NCBI GenBank assembly: GCA_965248195.1
Contig: CBDFIQ010000001.1
Location: 160,001 to 224,000 of the forward strand
Direction: 5' to 3'
From: Longimicrobiales bacterium
Lineage (GTDB): Bacteria; Gemmatimonadota; Gemmatimonadetes; Longimicrobiales; Gaopeijiaceae
Length of the DNA: 64,000 nt
A program made the position numbers and the translations under genes. Shown piece by piece: positions 58,624 through 64,000 of this stretch (position 1 is its first letter; each line of letters starts with the position of its first letter). Under the pieces are notes generated by a model. That model was not told the DNA's origin. It saw only the letters and a program-made list of their open reading frames with translations, and ran no database searches.

Positions 58624-59397
58624 CTACTCCGTTGGCTCGAACTCCGAGCTCAAGGCATCCAGAGGACTCTTAATCGAACGGAGCCGTGCCGTGGCCACGT
58701 GCGTGTAGATCGCCGTGGTCTGGAGCGCCCGGTGACCGAGCAGCGTTTGGATCATCCGCAGATCCGTGCCCGACTCCAGCAGGTGCGTCGCGTAGCTGTG
58801 ACGGAGCGTACGGGGTGTCACCCGCTTCGTGATCCCCGCTCGCGCACCGGCCGCCCCGATCACTCGTTGTACCGTCCGGCTCGTGAGCGGCTGGTCCGGA
58901 GCGCGTCCGTAGAACAGCAAGCTCCTTGGCCTGTACATACGCCAATATGCCCGCAGCGTCGCCAGCAACACGCCCGACAGGACCACCTGCCGGTCCTTGT
59001 CCCCCTTGCCGTGGCGCACGGTGATCACCATCCGGTCACTATCGATGTCGCGCACTTGCAGCCCCAGCACCTCGCTGGTCCTCAGCCCGCCACCGTACAG
59101 CGTCATTGCCATCGCCCGGTGCTTCAGGTTCCCTACCCCCTTGAGCAGACGTCCGACCTCCTCCGGGCTTAGCACCACCGGGTTGCGTCTCTTCTGTCGC
59201 GGGTAGGGGAGGTGGGGCAACAGCTCCGGCCGGTCCAGCGTCACACGGTACAGGAACCGCATTGCCCCCACCGCCTGCTTGAACGCCGAACGCGATACGT
59301 CCCGCTCCTCCTTCAGGTACCGCAGGTATCCGCGTATCTCTTCGCGGCCCAGCGTGTCCGGAGATCGCCCGAAGTGCTGCGCCATCTCGGCGACACG
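58624..59397 (-). pseudogene. Tyrosine recombinase (phage integrase family), 5'-truncated by IS256 copy 4
   Basis: GLRTSE, GKGDKDR, RTLRHSYATH, LLGH and TTAIY motifs. The frame runs into the IS end without a native start or RBS. Confidence 0.88.
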
Positions 59398-60773
59398 GGT
59401 AGTGTCCCTAGATTTGTGTAAAAGCGGATAAGCTGGACAGGAGGGAAAGAAAAACGGAAGCTCCTCTGTTGTTGTTCACTGTCACATGAACCCGGGAGTC
59501 CGGGTCTGCAGAGCAGGCTCGGAACCGGAGAGGAGCTTCCGATGCAAGAGATTGTGGAGATCGGTCGGGCCACGCAAGACGAGCTACGCGATGATTTGCG
59601 CGAGCTGTTTCAAGGCGCGATCCGGCTGACGCTCGAGATGGTGCTGGAAGAGGAGCTGAAGGCCATGGTAGGTGCACGCCGCTTCGAGCGGGTGGGAAGC
59701 CGGAAGGACCATAGGAACGGCACATACCTGAGGCGGCTGCTGACGAGCCTGGGGCAGATCGAGGTCGCCATGCCCCGGAGCCGGGACAACGGTTCGCCGG
59801 CCGACGTGATCGGCCGCTACCAGCGCAGGAGCCCCGAGCTCGACGAGATGATGGTCGAGGCGTATGTGAGCGGCGTGTCACAGCGCAAGATGGGCGACGT
59901 CACCGAGGCGCTGATGGGCGAGCGTGTTGGGCGCTCGACGGTGAGTCGTGTGGCAAAACGGCTCGACGAGGCCGTGGAAGGGCTGCGCCGTGCGCCGATC
60001 GAGGGGCCTCACCCCTATCTGTACCTGGACGCCACGTTCTTGGACGCCCGCTGGGCCCGCAAAGTCGAGAACGTGAGTGCGCTCGTGGCGTATGCAGTGG
60101 GCCCTGAGGGTCACCGACGGCTCCTGGCCGTCACGCTGGGCGCTGAGGAGTCGCAGCAGAGCTGGTCGGAGCTCCTCGAGCAACTCCAGGACCGCGGCCT
60201 CGGCGGTGTCGAGCTCGTGATCGCCGATGAGCACGCAGGCCTGGCAGCTGCGGTCCGCCGCTTCCTGCCCGAGGCACGCCGTCAGAGGTGTACGGTCCAT
60301 CTGCAGCGTAATGTGGGGGCGAGGGTCCCCCACCGCCTACGCAAGCGCGTGGCGCGTGAGGTCTCGGTGATCTTCCAGACATCCGGACTCGCCGAGGCGA
60401 AGAAGCTCCTGGGCGAGTTCGGCGCACGCTGGAAGAAGGAGCTGCCCGAGGCCGTGGAGGTCCTGGAGCGGGGCTTCGGGGCAGCGACGCAGTTCTACGC
60501 GTTCCCCGAGGCGCACTGGCCCCGGCTGCGTACCACCAACAGCCTCGAGCGGCTGCACGGCGAGATCAAACGCAGGATCAAGGCCGCCGGCGCCTTCCCG
60601 GACCGGGCCAGCGCCCTCAGGCTCATCACGGCCGTCGCACTCAGGACCACACACGTCTGGGGCGACCGGCGTTACCTCGACCTCTCACTCCTCCAGAAAC
60701 AGGAGGTCGCCCAAGCAGCCTAGCCGAAGGCGAGGAGCTTCCTCCGCTTTTACACACAAATCGGGACTTGACC
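59398..60773 (+). mobile_element. IS256-family insertion sequence, copy 4
   Basis: 1376 bp. Its right flank CGTTTGGG matches the left flank of copy 2. Confidence 0.96.
59542..60723 (+). CDS. IS256-family DDE transposase
   Basis: Protein identical to the other three copies. Confidence 0.96.
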   Translation: MQEIVEIGRATQDELRDDLRELFQGAIRLTLEMVLEEELKAMVGARRFERVGSRKDHRNGTYLRRLLTSLGQIEVAMPRSRDNGSPADVIGRYQRRSPELDEMMVEAYVSGVSQRKMGDVTEALMGERVGRSTVSRVAKRLDEAVEGLRRAPIEGPHPYLYLDATFLDARWARKVENVSALVAYAVGPEGHRRLLAVTLGAEESQQSWSELLEQLQDRGLGGVELVIADEHAGLAAAVRRFLPEARRQRCTVHLQRNVGARVPHRLRKRVAREVSVIFQTSGLAEAKKLLGEFGARWKKELPEAVEVLERGFGAATQFYAFPEAHWPRLRTTNSLERLHGEIKRRIKAAGAFPDRASALRLITAVALRTTHVWGDRRYLDLSLLQKQEVAQAA

Positions 60774-60954
60774 CGTTTGGGTTGGCTTCTTGGCCATACT
60801 CGGTGGGCTGGGAACCGCCGCTGGTGGAGTCGTCCTGGCATACACCGGGTTTTCGGCATCGATGATGATGATAAACATGCCTGCCAGCCTCCTCCTGCTG
60901 GTGTGGATGATCGCAGTTGGCGTTTTGATGTGGCGTCGAGCCCCGCCATTCTGA
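60774..60954 (+). pseudogene. 3' part of the split DUF4386-like gene
   Basis: Reads VWVGFLAILGGLGTAAGGVVLAYTGFS..WMIAVGVLMWRRAPPF-stop in frame with 48282-48798. Confidence 0.85.
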
Positions 60955-61000
60955 AGCCACACGGTCCGCCATGTCCAGCCAGGCGGCGCCCCGCTCGGCC

Positions 61001-62008
61001 CTACCACCGCCAACGTGGAGCTTGACGCGTGAGCTTACCCCCCCGGGCTGTGTCCTCTGGGTGAAACCCGCCGTGATCTTCGACATGATCGCTGAGCCGG
61101 GAAGCCCGGGCCGGCGCGCGCGAATCCGCCTTACGAGGGCCCGGAGTGCTGCCGGGGCACGCTTCGATCACGAACTCCAACTTCTCCGTGATCTCGTGGT
61201 CGCCCAGCCCCCCGAGATCCGCGATCAGGGAGGAGCTTCGAGGATTCAGGAAGTCCTCGCGGCGAAACAATAGATTGTCGCCGTTGTTGTACTTCTCCCA
61301 AAGACTCGGCTCCCGCCTCAGGGCACAGATGGCAATCTGGATGACGGCGTCCGAGAACTCGTCGATCCCGGCATGGAAGTCCTTCTGGGTTCGGCCGGGG
61401 TTTTGATAATCTGGGTGCCCCGTTTCATTGCTCTCCTGTCCCCCGAGTGTGGGCACCCACATCCCATCGTAGTCGATCAGGCGAAGATCGCCGTTCGGTC
61501 GCACCAGGACGTTGCCGTGCTGCAAATCGCCGTGTGCGATGTGGACAGATCGGAGGTCAGTGAGGAGCCTGCCCCAGCGCTTCTTGAGCTTTGAGAGCAC
61601 GCGCGGGCGCGACAGATTCTGCTCGATGAACGTGTTCAATTGGCAACCTTTGACCCACTCCATCTTGACGAGCGGAAACGACTCCCCCCGAACGAGGATC
61701 CCCCCTGGCTGGTATTCGAAGGTCACGAAGTACCGGAGCCGTGGGCAGTACCTGAGGTGTTCCGATATCCGTGCGTAGCGCTGTTGCAAGTTCGGGATGT
61801 TCCGAAGGAAGCACTTCACGGCCCATCGGCGGCGCCCGCTGGCCAGCTCATAAACGCTCGCGAATGTGCCGCAAAGCGGCCGCGGCAGACCGAGTTGGTT
61901 CGCCACAGGAGTGCCATACTGGAGCTCCGAAGAAGTGAATGCCAGGCGTGGGCATTGAATCGCCTCCTGATAGTCGACCATGCTCGGCCAGTAGCTCGGT
62001 CGTGACAT
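61001..62008 (-). CDS. Ser/Thr protein kinase-like protein (triad member)
   Basis: GTFASVY, AVKCF, MEWVKG, HGDLQHGNVL and IDYDG motifs. Confidence 0.9.
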   Translation of the reverse strand: MSRPSYWPSMVDYQEAIQCPRLAFTSSELQYGTPVANQLGLPRPLCGTFASVYELASGRRRWAVKCFLRNIPNLQQRYARISEHLRYCPRLRYFVTFEYQPGGILVRGESFPLVKMEWVKGCQLNTFIEQNLSRPRVLSKLKKRWGRLLTDLRSVHIAHGDLQHGNVLVRPNGDLRLIDYDGMWVPTLGGQESNETGHPDYQNPGRTQKDFHAGIDEFSDAVIQIAICALRREPSLWEKYNNGDNLLFRREDFLNPRSSSLIADLGGLGDHEITEKLEFVIEACPGSTPGPRKADSRAPARASRLSDHVEDHGGFHPEDTARGGKLTRQAPRWRW

Positions 62009-62011
62009 CGC

Positions 62012-62815
62012 CTAGGCCACGTCGACCCGGAGCAGCGTGGTGTCATCGTTGTGCAATCCACCTTTCTCGCGCAGTTCCGCTACAACGGTTTGGAAGCATC
62101 GGTGTTCCGCATTACCACCACAGTGATCGTCAGCATGTCTCAAGCCGCGAAACATCGGCCAGGGAGACCGACCGGCCTCATGCTCGGCGAGCGTCCACCG
62201 GGCAAGAGCATCGGTAAGCAAATAAAACGAGTCCCTCGGCCGCCATTCTCCCGAGAACACCGTGACATGGGACTCAACCAATCCGAACGAGGTGGAAGTA
62301 TCGGTGGAAATGAGATGTGGGCTGTTGTCGAATTCGTCCGATTTGGAGATCGGCGCGACAGCCAGCAGCTCGTTGCCTCGTACGTGAAAGAAGCAACTGT
62401 CGCCGACGGCCTCGACCTCCCAGGGGCCTCCGAAGGGCTCCGAGCGTCGCTCCTCGCGAATCGACAGCCCGACGAGGGCAGCGTGGGCGCCCCTCTTGAT
62501 TTTCGCCTCGAGGTACCACGGTGCCGGGCGACGGGTCACGAACCGCAACCAGCTGCGCTGCAAGCGTTCGAGGCTTACCCGCCGGCGGCAATACCCCCGA
62601 ACGAGGAGGCGAGCCCACTCCCCCGAGAACGCCGATTCCGATGCGCCATCAGCAACGGCGCAACGGAATTCGGAGAGATCTCGCTGGAACACCCGGTCCG
62701 GAAAGAACGCGTCCTCGTACTCGCTCTCGACGCTTCCGCGCTTCGGCACGTGAAACGCCTGAGTACAGATCCACATTAAGGAGGGGGCCCTACCGAGGCT
62801 CCTGACCGCTGCCAC
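62012..62815 (-). CDS. PP2C-family protein phosphatase (triad member)
   Basis: YEDAF, AVADGASES, VGDSC, LLTDAL and NDDTT motifs. Start may be ATG 62776. Confidence 0.88.
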   Translation of the reverse strand: MAAVRSLGRAPSLMWICTQAFHVPKRGSVESEYEDAFFPDRVFQRDLSEFRCAVADGASESAFSGEWARLLVRGYCRRRVSLERLQRSWLRFVTRRPAPWYLEAKIKRGAHAALVGLSIREERRSEPFGGPWEVEAVGDSCFFHVRGNELLAVAPISKSDEFDNSPHLISTDTSTSFGLVESHVTVFSGEWRPRDSFYLLTDALARWTLAEHEAGRSPWPMFRGLRHADDHCGGNAEHRCFQTVVAELREKGGLHNDDTTLLRVDVA

Positions 62816-63866
62816 TCCAGGCGGGCTCTCCCAGCTTCTCGTCGTCTACCCCTTCGGCTTCGTCAACGGTGTCGGGCTCCTCCGGCTCCTCGTCGTCTGC
62901 CGCATCGGCTTCGCTAACCGTCTCGGGCTCTTCCGGACTCTCGTCATCTGCCCCTTCGGCTTCGCTAACCGTGTCGAGCTCTTCCTCCTCTCCATCGACG
63001 GCCTTAGCCTCCTGCGGACCCTCCATCTGGACATTGCTCGGCCGGGTGCCGATATCAATCGCCTGGACTAGAAGCACCAGGTCGGCGTTCAGAACGAAGC
63101 AGCGAGAATCTTCTGACGTGTCGAAGCCGTGTTCTTTCGCCAGGCTACGCATAGAGGGAATCAAAGGGCTGGCTGTCTCGAAGAGCATCTTGGAGTACGT
63201 GTCGGGCAGATCGTCGGAGGAATCCGAGAACGATACGGGCGTGGCTTTCGGGTTGGCGGACAGATGAATATTGAAGAGCATGGCGTTGCCGTCGGATGTC
63301 GACAGGCTCGTGAGAGCGTTCAGCCGATCCGCGGGATTTCCATCGGTCGCCTCGCCATCCGTGATGTGAATGACAATGGGAGGAAAGCCGTCGGGATGTT
63401 CATCGATCCAGCTCTCGAGCACTCGCTTGGCTTCCTCAGCGGCGCGGCACATGGGGGTTCCACCACTGGCAATCGGATCGAGCCAAACGGGTTTCCGGAC
63501 CGACTGCTCCACGAGGCCGCCGGCTCCGTCGGGGATCTTTTTCGTCCGTTCGTCGAGTCGCGCAGGGTTGTCCGCGATCTCGCTGATCGGAATCAGGTCG
63601 CGGCCGGAGATCGGACCCACGAAGCCGGGACCCACCTCCTTCCCGTACCCGATGACTCCCACGTGGTAGTAGTCGCGGATGCCTTCCGACTTCGCGCATT
63701 TGATGGAAAGCTCCTGGAGCCACCGATTGATGCTGTCGGCGACACCCGTGGCCAGCGACTGAGTTTCTTCTCCGAGGGAGACCTCGTCCTCCATTGATTT
63801 CGACTGATCGACCAAGAAAAGAAAACAAGATGGGTTGTCTCGGCTGATTTCGGCTTTGTACGACAT
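62790..63866 (-). CDS. vWA-domain protein (TerY-like) with acidic repeat tail
   Basis: GGAGG RBS. MIDAS residues in DQSKS, GGTPM and ITDG. Confidence 0.88.
   Translation of the reverse strand: MSYKAEISRDNPSCFLFLVDQSKSMEDEVSLGEETQSLATGVADSINRWLQELSIKCAKSEGIRDYYHVGVIGYGKEVGPGFVGPISGRDLIPISEIADNPARLDERTKKIPDGAGGLVEQSVRKPVWLDPIASGGTPMCRAAEEAKRVLESWIDEHPDGFPPIVIHITDGEATDGNPADRLNALTSLSTSDGNAMLFNIHLSANPKATPVSFSDSSDDLPDTYSKMLFETASPLIPSMRSLAKEHGFDTSEDSRCFVLNADLVLLVQAIDIGTRPSNVQMEGPQEAKAVDGEEEELDTVSEAEGADDESPEEPETVSEADAADDEEPEEPDTVDEAEGVDDEKLGEPAWSGSGQEPR
62829..62981 (-). repeat. Intragenic degenerate tandem repeat, 3 x 51 bp (17 aa)
   Basis: ELDTVSEAEGADDESPE / EPETVSEADAADDEEPE / EPDTVDEAEGVDDEKLG. 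Confidence 0.85.
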
Positions 63867-64000
63867 CGATCGCCTCCGTTGAGACCCGTTGGCTTCGGGT
63901 CCATGGTTTGTAGCTCCGCAATGCTGGCCCGCGAAGACCCGTCCAAGGCGTTTTCGTCACGCGAAGGGGGTGTCTTGTGGTCTACTAGAACGATGTCAGC

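Larger units (their letters stand above)
55735..59397 (-). mobile_element. IS91-family element carrying a tyrosine recombinase, disrupted twice by IS256; downstream boundary approximate
   Basis: Adjacent recombinase and Y2 transposase genes. 11-bp stem (55756-55766/55801-55811) downstream of the transposase. Confidence 0.75.
48799..60773 (+). mobile_element. IS256-bounded composite element (11,975 bp)
   Basis: Direct-orientation IS256 copies at both ends. CGTTTGGG at 48791-48798 and 60774-60781. The inner flanks do not match each other. Confidence 0.85.

Noticed and set aside
58624..59397. Integron integrase IntI
   Set aside because: Too short between the K and HxxR motifs to hold the IntI-specific insertion. 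It is coupled to an IS91 transposase, and no attI or cassette array is present.

Overview
GC-rich bacterial accessory region. The gene content resembles Gemmatimonadota/Acidobacteriota, but this is inferred, not determined. The left and middle parts hold exported redox and hydrolytic enzymes, a 988-aa coiled-coil protein, trkAH, an HtrA protease and a PQQ/heme-c dehydrogenase. They also hold a coupled operon of a DASS transporter, a SauS-like acylating aldehyde dehydrogenase, a SucCD-like ADP-forming CoA ligase, a LicD protein and a cytidylyltransferase. The right part is a nest of mobile DNA. There are four 1376-bp IS256 copies; two of them bound an 11,975-bp composite unit (48799-60773) with a shared 8-bp target duplication that splits one membrane-protein gene. 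That unit carries an IS3 element and an IS91-transposase/tyrosine-recombinase element. The window ends with a vWA-PP2C-kinase (TerY-P-like) triad. The most unexpected non-coding signal is a conserved ~55-60 bp promoter-like element (TTGCGC-N17-GATGTT) found three times, each just upstream of an unrelated gene for an exported protein. No rRNA, tRNA or CRISPR array was seen. Family names come from motif recognition by eye, not from database searches.
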